Shown: one piece after another, positions 8,110-16,490 of the stretch
Layout of the letters: each line of letters starts with the position of its first letter
How positions within the stretch are numbered: the first letter of the stretch is position 1
NCBI GenBank assembly: GCA_039714075.1
Contig: JBDLKA010000024.1
Location: 1-39,767 of the forward strand
Reading direction: 5' to 3'
Source of the DNA: Candidatus Krumholzibacteriota bacterium
GTDB taxonomy: Bacteria > Krumholzibacteriota > Krumholzibacteriia > LZORAL124-64-63
Length of the DNA stretch: 39,767 nucleotides
Notes under the pieces: generated by a model
Databases searched by the model: none
The model's input: the letters and a program-made list of their open reading frames with translations, nothing else
What the model was told of the DNA's origin: nothing
Program-made: the position numbers and the translations under genes

Positions 8110-10260
8110 GTGATCAGCCAAATCATTTCCCGGTACAAGATTGTTTCCCGTATCGCCACCGGCGGCATGGGTTCGGTCTACCTGGCGCGGGACACCAAGC
8201 TGGAGCGCTCCATCGCCCTGAAGGTTCTGCCGCCGGAGGTGGCCTCGGACCCCAGCGCGCTGGCGCGATTTCGGCAGGAGGCGCGGGCCATCGCCGCGGT
8301 CAACCACCCCAACATCGTGGTCATCCATTCGGTGGAGGAAGTCGGTGATACGCACTTCATCACCATGGAACTGATCAAGGGCCGCACCCTGTCCGACATC
8401 ATGACCGGCCAGGGCATGGACCTGAATTTCTTCTTCGACGTCACCATTCCCTTGGCCGGGGCCCTGGAAGCCGCCCACGCCCAGGGCGTGACCCACCGGG
8501 ACCTGAAACCCGCCAACATCATGGTCACGGACGAGGGCCAGGTGAAGGTGCTGGATTTCGGACTGGCCAAGGTGGTGCGATCGGATTCCGAAAGCGACGT
8601 CGACAAGGCCCGCACCGAGACCCTGCTGGCCGACGAACTGATCATCGGCACACCCAACTACATGTCACCCGAACAGGTGCGCAGCCAGCCCGCGGACCAT
8701 CGTTCCGACATCTTCTCCCTGGGCGCGGTCATGTACCACATGATCTCGGGGCAGCGGCCCTTCCAGGGCGAAACCATCACCGAGATCATGGCGTCGGTCA
8801 TCCGGGACACTCCCAACCCCGCCTCCCTGGTGAACCCTGATTGCCCTCTCCAGCTCGGCCACCTGATCGCGCGCTGTCTGGACAAGGACCCCAGCAAGCG
8901 CTTCCAGGATGTTTCCGAGCTTCGCCTCCAGCTGGAGCAGATCCACGGGCAGGTGGAACAGGAGGCCGAAGGTCTCATCCATTCCATCGCCGTGCTGCCT
9001 TTTGCGGACATGAGCCCGCTGAAGGACCAGGAACATTTCTGCACCGGGATCGCCGAGGAAATCATCAACGCCCTGGCGGGGGTCGACCGGCTCAAGGTCG
9101 TTTCCCGGATGTCCTCGTTCCAGTACCAGGACCTGGGTGGCGACACCAGGGAGATCGGTCACAAGCTGGGGGTACAGACCCTGCTCGAGGGCAGTGTGCG
9201 CAAGGCCAGCGGCCAGCTGCGGATCATCGCCCAGTTGATCGACGTGTCCGACGGTTGCCACATCTGGTCGCAACGTTTCGACCGTGAACCGCGCGACATT
9301 TTCGAAGTCCAGGACGAGATCGCCCAAAGCGTGGTCAAGGCCCTGCGTCTGACCATCGACCCCGCGAGGGAACACAAGCTCGTCGGGATCCGGACCAACG
9401 ACCCCGCCGCCTATGACTTCTATCTCCGCGGCCGGGAATTCTTCCGCCGTTGGGGCAAACGCAACATCCAGATCGCCCAGCGCATGTTCTTCCAGGCCAG
9501 CGCCATCGATCCCGATTTCGCCTCGGCCCACGCGGGGTTGGCCGACACCTATTCGTACCTGTACATGTACATCAACAGCAGTCAGGAGAACCTGGAACAG
9601 GCCGACCGCAACAGTGCGCGCGCCCTGGAACTGGATCCCGCCCTGGCCGAAGGCCATGCCTCGCGCGGCCTGGCCCTGTCGCTGAGCAAAAACCACCAGG
9701 CCGCCATCCGGGCCTTCAACACGGCGATCGAACTGGACAGCAACCTTTTCGAAGCCTACTACTTCTGCGCCCGGGACCTGGTTGTCCAGGGCAAGTACAA
9801 GGAGGCCGTCTCCTACTACGACCAGGCCCACGAAGCCAGTCCGGACGATTACCAGATCCCCATTCTCAAGGCCCAGATCCATCACGCCCTGGGCCAGACC
9901 GATCAAGAGGAGGCGGCCAACCGCCAGGGCATGGAACTGGCCGAAAAGGCCATCCTGCTGAATCCCGAGGACGCCCGCGCCTGCTATATGGGCGCCGGGG
10001 CGATGATCCGGCTGGGGCAGGAAAAGCGGGGCCTCCAGTGGGCCAAAAGAGCGCTGGCCCTGGACCCGGACGATCCGGCCATCCTTTACAACGTGGCCTG
10101 CAACCTGGCGGGACTGGGGCAGATCGCCGAAGCCATCGACTGTCTGGAAAGAACGGTGAAGGTCGGCGCGGCCTACAAGGACTGGATGATGAACGACACC
10201 GACCTGGATCCGCTGCGTGAAAACGAGCGGTTCAGGAAGTTGGTCGCAAGTCTGGAATAA
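8110..10260 (+). CDS. Hanks-type Ser/Thr protein kinase with TolB-N-like domain and TPR repeats
   Basis: GGMGSVY, ALK, HRDLKPAN, DFG, GTPNYMSPEQ; SIAVLPF...LEGSVR domain; C-terminal TPRs; no transmembrane segment. Start probably GTG 8110 (GGAG RBS); the track gives 8098. Confidence 0.93.
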   Translation: MISQIISRYKIVSRIATGGMGSVYLARDTKLERSIALKVLPPEVASDPSALARFRQEARAIAAVNHPNIVVIHSVEEVGDTHFITMELIKGRTLSDIMTGQGMDLNFFFDVTIPLAGALEAAHAQGVTHRDLKPANIMVTDEGQVKVLDFGLAKVVRSDSESDVDKARTETLLADELIIGTPNYMSPEQVRSQPADHRSDIFSLGAVMYHMISGQRPFQGETITEIMASVIRDTPNPASLVNPDCPLQLGHLIARCLDKDPSKRFQDVSELRLQLEQIHGQVEQEAEGLIHSIAVLPFADMSPLKDQEHFCTGIAEEIINALAGVDRLKVVSRMSSFQYQDLGGDTREIGHKLGVQTLLEGSVRKASGQLRIIAQLIDVSDGCHIWSQRFDREPRDIFEVQDEIAQSVVKALRLTIDPAREHKLVGIRTNDPAAYDFYLRGREFFRRWGKRNIQIAQRMFFQASAIDPDFASAHAGLADTYSYLYMYINSSQENLEQADRNSARALELDPALAEGHASRGLALSLSKNHQAAIRAFNTAIELDSNLFEAYYFCARDLVVQGKYKEAVSYYDQAHEASPDDYQIPILKAQIHHALGQTDQEEAANRQGMELAEKAILLNPEDARACYMGAGAMIRLGQEKRGLQWAKRALALDPDDPAILYNVACNLAGLGQIAEAIDCLERTVKVGAAYKDWMMNDTDLDPLRENERFRKLVASLE

Positions 10261-10289
10261 CCCGCCGATTTGCTCCAGCGCCTTCGACG

Positions 10290-10318
10290 TTCCCAAAGTC
10301 CAACCAATCTGATATGAT
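10290..10318 (+). promoter_or_regulatory. Putative sigma70 promoter
   Basis: TTCCCA-17 nt-TATGAT upstream of the ATG at 10359. Confidence 0.45.
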
Positions 10319-10358
10319 ATCGGTCATCGACCATATCCTTTACTCTCCGGGGGTAGTT

Positions 10359-11240
10359 ATGAGAATCCGTGTTGTCATACTCGCTGTAATGTTATCCCTC
10401 ACATTCATGTCGACCAACGGAACCGCGTGGGCTCAAATCGAGCTGCGGAGCGGCCATTTCCAGACGAGCGACGGTGTCGAACTCCACTACCTGGAAGCGG
10501 GATCCGGTCCGACCATAGTGTTCGTTCCAGGGTGGACTGCACCCGCAGAGATCTGGGAACCGCAGCTGAACCACTTCGCCGCCTCCCATCGAGTCGTGGC
10601 CCTTGATCCACGCTCGCAGGGCCGGTCCGAGAAACCGACCGACGGCCATTACCTGTCCCGTCGCGGCCAGGACATCGGTGAATTGATCGAACATCTGGAT
10701 GCGGAGCCCGTCGTGGTTGTCGGTTGGTCGCTGGCTGTGCTGGAAGTTCTGACCTACGCCCAGGAGCTCGGGTCCGATGCGCTTCGCGCCGCCGTGCTCG
10801 TGGATATGTTCATTGGACGGGACCTGAATCCAGGTGACCCCCACCCTCTTGCTGCGCCGTGGCTTTCCCCGTTTCAGATGGACCGGAAGGCATTTACGAG
10901 CGCTTTTGTGCGTAGCATGTATCGAAGTGAACAGTCGGATGAGTATCTCGAGGGTATCGCGCAGGCCATGCTTTCGACACCGACAAACACCGCCGTTACC
11001 CTGGTGGCCAACGTCCACCCACTCGGTTCGGGCGATTGGCGCCCCGCCCTGGATTCATTGGACCGACCGGTGCTCTATGTGTCGGCGGCAGGCAACGCCG
11101 GACAAGCCGAAATGGTCCGTAAGCGACGGGTCGATGCGAGTGTCGAGGTCTTCGCGGACGCCGGACACGCGCTCTTCGTGGACGAACCCGAGCGGTTCAA
11201 CCGGGTACTCGAAGAGTTTCTTGCCGCGTTGCCTGAGTAG
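10359..11240 (+). CDS. Secreted alpha/beta-fold hydrolase (non-heme haloperoxidase/arylesterase-like)
   Basis: Signal peptide; VPGW oxyanion segment, DPRSQGRS, nucleophile elbow GWSLA, catalytic His in AGHALF. Confidence 0.88.
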   Translation: MRIRVVILAVMLSLTFMSTNGTAWAQIELRSGHFQTSDGVELHYLEAGSGPTIVFVPGWTAPAEIWEPQLNHFAASHRVVALDPRSQGRSEKPTDGHYLSRRGQDIGELIEHLDAEPVVVVGWSLAVLEVLTYAQELGSDALRAAVLVDMFIGRDLNPGDPHPLAAPWLSPFQMDRKAFTSAFVRSMYRSEQSDEYLEGIAQAMLSTPTNTAVTLVANVHPLGSGDWRPALDSLDRPVLYVSAAGNAGQAEMVRKRRVDASVEVFADAGHALFVDEPERFNRVLEEFLAALPE

Positions 11241-11251
11241 AGAGCTGAAGT

Positions 11252-11285
11252 TTCAAACAACCTTGTTGCCGCCGGGCAACGAGGT
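11252..11285 (-). terminator. Hairpin terminator between convergent genes
   Basis: ACCTTGTTGCC-GCCG-GGCAACGAGGT stem (11260-11285), followed on the - strand by TGTTTG. Confidence 0.6.
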
Positions 11286-11296
11286 GGGTTGCTGCC

Positions 11297-12061
11297 TCAG
11301 AACCGTAGGGAAAGGCAGGTCAACCCCCCGTCCATCTTCCGGAACTCGCCCGTATCCAGTTCGACGATCTCGACTCCCAGTCCGTCCAGTTCCTCCCTCG
11401 TCCGCGGGTACCCTTCCGGCATGATCAGGCGCTCGTTGACCAGCAGGACGTTGGCCGCGTATTCCTCATTCGGCGGAACGCGGATCAGCCGGAAGTCCGC
11501 CAGCTCCGTCCGGTCGGCGAAGTCGGCGGCCACCAGCAGCGTATCCGGCGCCACCAGGTTCACGCTCGACTTGAAGTGCAGGCCTGCGGCGACGGAGATC
11601 GTCTGCCAGGTGTTGCCGTGGGATTCCAGGACCGCCCCGAGCCGGCGGGCGCCCTCCTCGTTGGTGCGGGCCGACAGGCCAATCAAAAAGTGGGTGCCGA
11701 TCATCAGGACGTCCCCGCCGTCCAGGGTGCCCGGCGGTTCGATGGACTCCAGCGGTCGGTGGACAGCCAAGGCTTCGGCGATGGATTGCTGCTCGCCCTG
11801 GCGGGCAAGTGCGCCCGGACGGGTGACGACAGCCACGTCAGGGGTGACCACGGCGGTATCCTCGACGAAATGGGCGTCGGGATATCCCGGCAGGGCGTCC
11901 AGGACGGTCACATCCAGGCCGCAATCCCGCAGAGTGTCCACGTAGCGGTCGAACTGTCGGCAGGCTTGTTGGAAGTCGGGCGCGCCGAGGTCGGCGGTGG
12001 TGATTCCGCCGGCCAGGTCGGAGCCCGGCCGGCGGCAGAGAGCGTGGGTGAACTTGTTCAT
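11297..12061 (-). CDS. ddaH: N(G),N(G)-dimethylarginine dimethylaminohydrolase (amidinotransferase superfamily)
   Basis: FVEDTAV, LDGGD, RTN, LHFKS and C-terminal DGGLTCLS (catalytic Cys); start ATG 12061 with GGAGGA RBS. Confidence 0.9.
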   Translation of the reverse strand: MNKFTHALCRRPGSDLAGGITTADLGAPDFQQACRQFDRYVDTLRDCGLDVTVLDALPGYPDAHFVEDTAVVTPDVAVVTRPGALARQGEQQSIAEALAVHRPLESIEPPGTLDGGDVLMIGTHFLIGLSARTNEEGARRLGAVLESHGNTWQTISVAAGLHFKSSVNLVAPDTLLVAADFADRTELADFRLIRVPPNEEYAANVLLVNERLIMPEGYPRTREELDGLGVEIVELDTGEFRKMDGGLTCLSLRF

Positions 12062-12110
12062 CTGTGTGGCATCCTCCGGAAAACCGGAGCATGCCCGAAT
12101 CATCCGGCCA

Positions 12111-14828
12111 TCACAACGAAAAGTACTGCGACACCTTCACCATGAAGATGTTTTCCCCCTGGGCGTCCAGCAGGGACCGCGAATCGCGGCCGAGGTCGAA
12201 GCTGCCCGGGTCGTCGAAGTTCATCCGGTCCTGGGTCCACACGAAAAAGAAGGTGCTGCCGGCGACGTACTCCCAGCGCAGGACCATGTTCACCTTCAGC
12301 GACTTGAAGTTGAAGTCCTCGTCCCGCAGGCGGAAGGTGTTTCCGGGGTCCGACCCGTCGGGGGTCACCAGCCAGGGGTTGTCCGCATCTCCGGCAGAGT
12401 CGTACACGATGGTCGAACCGTTGTCCTGCCCGTAACGGTTGAAGTCGTAGGAACCGGGCCGGGCCAGTTCCTTCCGGTCGGAATAGGCGCCCACCGCGAA
12501 CAGCGGCTGAATGTACGCCTGCAGGGTGAGCTTCGGGGTGAAGGTCCAGTCGATGCGCGTCTCCATGCTGAACTGGCGGTACTCCAGATCGGCGAAGATG
12601 TACCGGTTGCCGTGGGTGTCCGTCATGGCCGGGTCGGGGACCTCGTCGTAGTACTGGGACTCGTCCTGGGTCCAGGAATACCGGGGACTCAAGGACAGCT
12701 TCAGGGCGCTGACCGGTTGCAGTTCAAGCGACAGGCGGCCGTAAGCGGTTTGCGACCCGCCGTCGTCCTTCGACCCGCCCACCGACAGGCGGACCTGCCA
12801 TTTCCGGCGGCTGTCCGTGCTGATGCCCAGGTCGAACTCACGGTAATTAGGAACCCTCATCACCGGACCGCCCCGAGTCCGCCGGCCGTCGTTCCGTTCG
12901 GGATTGAAGAACATCATGCCGTCGAGATTCCAGAAGTTGGCGAACTCCATCCAGTAGAAAATGCCGCCACCCCACTGGTCGGGACGACCTCCGGTGTCCC
13001 AGGTCTTGTAGCCCCCCAGATTGAGGCTGATATTCCGGTAGATCCCCTTCGGCTCGAGCCAGCGGTAGCCGCCCATCACCGAGGTGTTGATCATGTCCGT
13101 CCTGAAGATGAAACCGAGGTCGTTGATTTCATACCCCGGAGAGGAATATCCGGCCGCCGAATTGAAGCGCCAGTTGCCCGACTGCTTGTTCACCGCCGCC
13201 CGACCGACCCAGCCCTTGATTTCGGTGGCGTCAGGATCGTACGCCACGTGATCCACGTCGGGCCGCTGGTAGTAACGGCGCGACGAAAGCTGCAGGGCGC
13301 TGATCGCGTCCGTGCTGCCGGTCAGATGGCTGCCAGACAGGTAGGCTTTGGCCGCCCACACGCCTTCTTCATCCAGGTTCGTCCAACCGTCGATGCCGCC
13401 GGTGAAGGCGCGGCGGTCGAGAGCCGCCTGACTGACGGGATCATCCAGGTCGCGAATGGTGCTGGTGCCCATGATGCCCAACCCCTTCAAACCGTCCGAG
13501 CTCGAGACCTTGGCCCGGACCACCGAGTAGTTGGTCAACGGTTCGACCACCTGTTCGTACCGGTGGCCGTCCTTTTCCAGGTGGGCCTTCTCCCTGTCCG
13601 TGACGGCCGTCAGACCGCCCACCGAGGTGTTGCCGATCTTGCCGCTGACCTTGGCGGCGCCCAGGATGGTTGTGAACTGGGGCACGTCGGCATAGTCGGG
13701 CTGGGTGTCGAGCGATATTTGTGGGGCGCGACCGACCCGGCGACTGTAGAACAACATCGGATCCATCCAGTTGAAGCCCCAGTTGCTGTTGAGCCCCTCG
13801 CGCCCGAAACGGAAGATATTGGCGTCCTCCACGAAGAACGGCCGCCGTTCCTCGTAGAAGGTTTCGTAGGCGGACAGGTTGACCACGGCCGGATCCACCT
13901 CGACCTGCCCGAAATCAGGATTCACCGTCGCGTTCATGGTCAGGTTGTTGGACAGCGCGGTTTTCAGGTCCAGACCCGCGTTACCGGAAAAATCGGGATC
14001 GTCGTGGAAGGGATCGTCCGGATCGACTTCCCGGTATTCCCCCTTGCCCAGACCGTAGACAAGGAGTTCGCCCTTGCCGTCGGGTTCGATCCCCTTCAGG
14101 CCGACCAGGTCGGGAAAACGACTGCCGTAGCCCGACTCGCCGCGCGGCATGTGGAACAATTCGGCTCGTTCGTGGTGACGCAGGGTGCGGCGGGAGAAGT
14201 TCATGCCCCAGACCTGTTCCTCGGCTGCGGGGAACTTCAGCTGGGAAAAAGGAACCCGCATTTCCAGGGTCCAGCCCAAGTCGTCGATTTTTGTCGCCAC
14301 CTCCCAGACCCCGTCCCAGGAAGGGTCGTCCCAGCCGTCGTTGTACAGCACCGCGTCGCCGATCACGCCGGCGGGATTGATGGAAAACGAAAAAGCGTTC
14401 CGGTCGTCGTTGAAGGTGTCCAGGTTGATGAATACCCAGTCGGACGAGGGCCACGTGTCCCGGCGGCCCAGGCGGGCCTCGATGGAGTCCGGCGCCGAAT
14501 CGTACATTCTGGCCGCGATGTACAGAGCCTGGTCGTCGTAGGCCACCCAGAATTCGGTTTTGTTGCGCGGGGGGCATCCGTTATCGGGGTCGTTCTGTAT
14601 CAGGCGCGACTCGCCGGGCTGCCGCCAATCGGTTTCGTCCAGAATGCCGTCCAGTTCGACGGGACCGGATAGACGGAAGGCGCGGATCTCGTCGGCAACC
14701 GGCACTCCGGCGGGGTCACAGGAACCGTTGGTCTCCTGGGCCCCGGCCGCGGAGGCGGCAAGAAACAGGGCGGCGAACAGGAAATGATGAAAGGAGATGG
14801 TCCGAAGCGTCTGAGCGAAGGCGATCAT
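12111..14828 (-). CDS. Secreted/outer-membrane protein with CBM9-like sugar-binding N-domain and DUF5916-type domain
   Basis: Signal peptide; LDGILDE.DW, YDDQALY, W..EMRVPF, NPDFGQVEVD, E.RPFFVE, LFYSRRVG motifs; start re-called to ATG 14828 (GAGGA RBS). Confidence 0.85.
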   Translation of the reverse strand: MIAFAQTLRTISFHHFLFAALFLAASAAGAQETNGSCDPAGVPVADEIRAFRLSGPVELDGILDETDWRQPGESRLIQNDPDNGCPPRNKTEFWVAYDDQALYIAARMYDSAPDSIEARLGRRDTWPSSDWVFINLDTFNDDRNAFSFSINPAGVIGDAVLYNDGWDDPSWDGVWEVATKIDDLGWTLEMRVPFSQLKFPAAEEQVWGMNFSRRTLRHHERAELFHMPRGESGYGSRFPDLVGLKGIEPDGKGELLVYGLGKGEYREVDPDDPFHDDPDFSGNAGLDLKTALSNNLTMNATVNPDFGQVEVDPAVVNLSAYETFYEERRPFFVEDANIFRFGREGLNSNWGFNWMDPMLFYSRRVGRAPQISLDTQPDYADVPQFTTILGAAKVSGKIGNTSVGGLTAVTDREKAHLEKDGHRYEQVVEPLTNYSVVRAKVSSSDGLKGLGIMGTSTIRDLDDPVSQAALDRRAFTGGIDGWTNLDEEGVWAAKAYLSGSHLTGSTDAISALQLSSRRYYQRPDVDHVAYDPDATEIKGWVGRAAVNKQSGNWRFNSAAGYSSPGYEINDLGFIFRTDMINTSVMGGYRWLEPKGIYRNISLNLGGYKTWDTGGRPDQWGGGIFYWMEFANFWNLDGMMFFNPERNDGRRTRGGPVMRVPNYREFDLGISTDSRRKWQVRLSVGGSKDDGGSQTAYGRLSLELQPVSALKLSLSPRYSWTQDESQYYDEVPDPAMTDTHGNRYIFADLEYRQFSMETRIDWTFTPKLTLQAYIQPLFAVGAYSDRKELARPGSYDFNRYGQDNGSTIVYDSAGDADNPWLVTPDGSDPGNTFRLRDEDFNFKSLKVNMVLRWEYVAGSTFFFVWTQDRMNFDDPGSFDLGRDSRSLLDAQGENIFMVKVSQYFSL

Positions 14829-14998
14829 ATGGATCCTCACTGGACATTGGAGAGCTGTCTGGGAAAAACCGGACCGGGGGCGGTTTCCCGATGACGCGGC
14901 GAGTCTGCAGGCGGGGGTCCCGGACTCACCTGTCCATATGACGATCAAAACGGGCAAAAGGTTGTGGTAAATTTTGGAATTGATCCGGAATTCCTGGA

Positions 14999-15319
14999 TC
15001 AATCCTCGTCGTCCTCCTCCTCTTCCTCCTGGTCCTTCAGCCGCTCGCGGGCCGCCTGCTGCAGGTCGAGGAACGCCTGGGGAATTTCCACGCCCAGAGC
15101 CAACGATTCCCGCTCGGCCAGGGCCACCTGGTCGGGTTGGGGGCGCCATTCGCCACGGACCATGGAGCGCAACTGGTCGCGGTCGAACCGCCACTGCCCG
15201 CCGATCCGGGTGCCGGGAATCTCGCCTGCCTTCAACATGCGCTGAATGGTCCGCTCGCTGATCTGCAGCATTTCGGCGGCCTGTTGGAGGGTCAGTATTT
15301 CGGGACATTCGCGGGACAT
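14999..15319 (-). CDS. Excisionase/BldC-like helix-turn-helix (HTH_17) DNA-binding protein
   Basis: ILTLQQAAEMLQISERTIQRMLKAGEIPGTRIGGQWRF; acidic tail; ATG 15319 with AGGAGG RBS. Confidence 0.88.
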   Translation of the reverse strand: MSRECPEILTLQQAAEMLQISERTIQRMLKAGEIPGTRIGGQWRFDRDQLRSMVRGEWRPQPDQVALAERESLALGVEIPQAFLDLQQAARERLKDQEEEEEDDED

Positions 15320-15515
15320 GATGACCTCCTTGATAATGGTCTCTGGTATCAATATACGGAATAATTGGCGCTTTGTTACATAATTTTTCTTATTTTGGCG
15401 GTTTTTGTCGTCTTTTTGCAGGGGTGACGACTCCCGATCATGGCGCCTTGGCCCGCACCGCCGTATCATGATGGGCGTCAACAGCCTTAAATCTCCCCAG
15501 CCCGAGAGGTGCCTC

Positions 15516-16421
15516 ATGCCAGCCACCAGATTCATCGTCGCCAGCCTGTTTGTTCTTATCCTCGTTCCAGCCGCCGCCTTCGCCCAAGGTGATTTCGAAA
15601 AGGTGACCATCGAGACCACCAACCTGGGGAACGGCATCCACATGCTCAAGGGCGCCGGCGGCAACCTGGGCGTGTGCGTGGGCGAGGACGGGGTTTTCCT
15701 GATCGACGACCAGTACGCCCCCTTGACCGACAAGATCAGGGCCGCCATCGGCGAGCTGAGCGACGGGCCCATCAAGTTCGTGTTCAACACCCACTGGCAC
15801 GAGGATCATGTCGGCGGCAACGAAAACTTCGGCTCCACGGGCAGCCTGCTGGTTTCCCACGCCAACGTTCGGCAGCGGCTTTCGACCGAACAGTTTTCCA
15901 AATTCTTCGACACCACCGTCCCGCCCCTGCCCGACGGCGCCCTGCCGGTGGTCACCTTCACCGAATCGATCAGCTTCTTCTACAACGACGAGGAGATCGT
16001 GGTCTTCCACGTCCCGGCTGCCCACACCGACGGCGACGGAGTCATCCACTTCACCAAGGCCAACGTCATCCATTCGGGTGATGTCGTTTTCAACGGCCTG
16101 TATCCCTACATCGACGTGTCGGCCGGCGGCAACGTCGACGGGCTGATCGCCGGGGCGCGCACCATCATCTCCCTGTGCGACGCCGACACGAAAATCATTC
16201 CCGGCCACGGGCCCATGGCGCAAAAGAAGGATATCGAGAACTACCTGGCCATGCTCGAGGACGTGCGAGCCAAGGTTGCGCAGGAAATCGCCGCCGGCAA
16301 GGATCTGGAAGCCGTCCAGGCCGCCGGTCCGGCCGCCGCCTACGACGCCGACTGGGGGCAGGCCTGGCTGACCAGCGACCAGTTCGTCCAGATGGTCTTC
16401 GATTCCTTGAACGGGAAGTGA
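15516..16421 (+). CDS. Secreted MBL-fold metallo-hydrolase (cyclase-like subfamily)
   Basis: Signal peptide; NTHWHEDH, AHTDGD, HSGD and IIPGHG motifs; ATG 15516 with GAGG RBS. Confidence 0.9.
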   Translation: MPATRFIVASLFVLILVPAAAFAQGDFEKVTIETTNLGNGIHMLKGAGGNLGVCVGEDGVFLIDDQYAPLTDKIRAAIGELSDGPIKFVFNTHWHEDHVGGNENFGSTGSLLVSHANVRQRLSTEQFSKFFDTTVPPLPDGALPVVTFTESISFFYNDEEIVVFHVPAAHTDGDGVIHFTKANVIHSGDVVFNGLYPYIDVSAGGNVDGLIAGARTIISLCDADTKIIPGHGPMAQKKDIENYLAMLEDVRAKVAQEIAAGKDLEAVQAAGPAAAYDADWGQAWLTSDQFVQMVFDSLNGK

Positions 16422-16431
16422 CGCCTTCAGA

Positions 16432-16471
16432 TTGACATGGATCATAGGGGATCGCATTGTTCCGGTATCCT
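16432..16471 (+). promoter_or_regulatory. Candidate FNR/CRP-family site with class II promoter
   Basis: TTGAC-ATGG-ATCAT (16432-16445; FNR consensus TTGAT-N4-ATCAA) and -10-like TATCCT (16466-16471). Confidence 0.45.
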
Positions 16472-16490
16472 TCAGCCCGAGTGAGATGCA

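Noticed and set aside
11241..11296. Possible integron attC site after the atypical hydrolase gene
   Set aside because: No RYYYAAC/GTTRRRY core sites; the hairpin fits a terminator between convergent genes.
14829..15308. 160-aa N-terminal extension of the DUF5916 ORF in the track
   Set aside because: It overlaps the HTH gene in another frame and is low-complexity; the RBS and signal peptide support ATG 14828.
14999..15319. Prophage or ICE excisionase
   Set aside because: No integrase, att site, phage or conjugation genes in the window.
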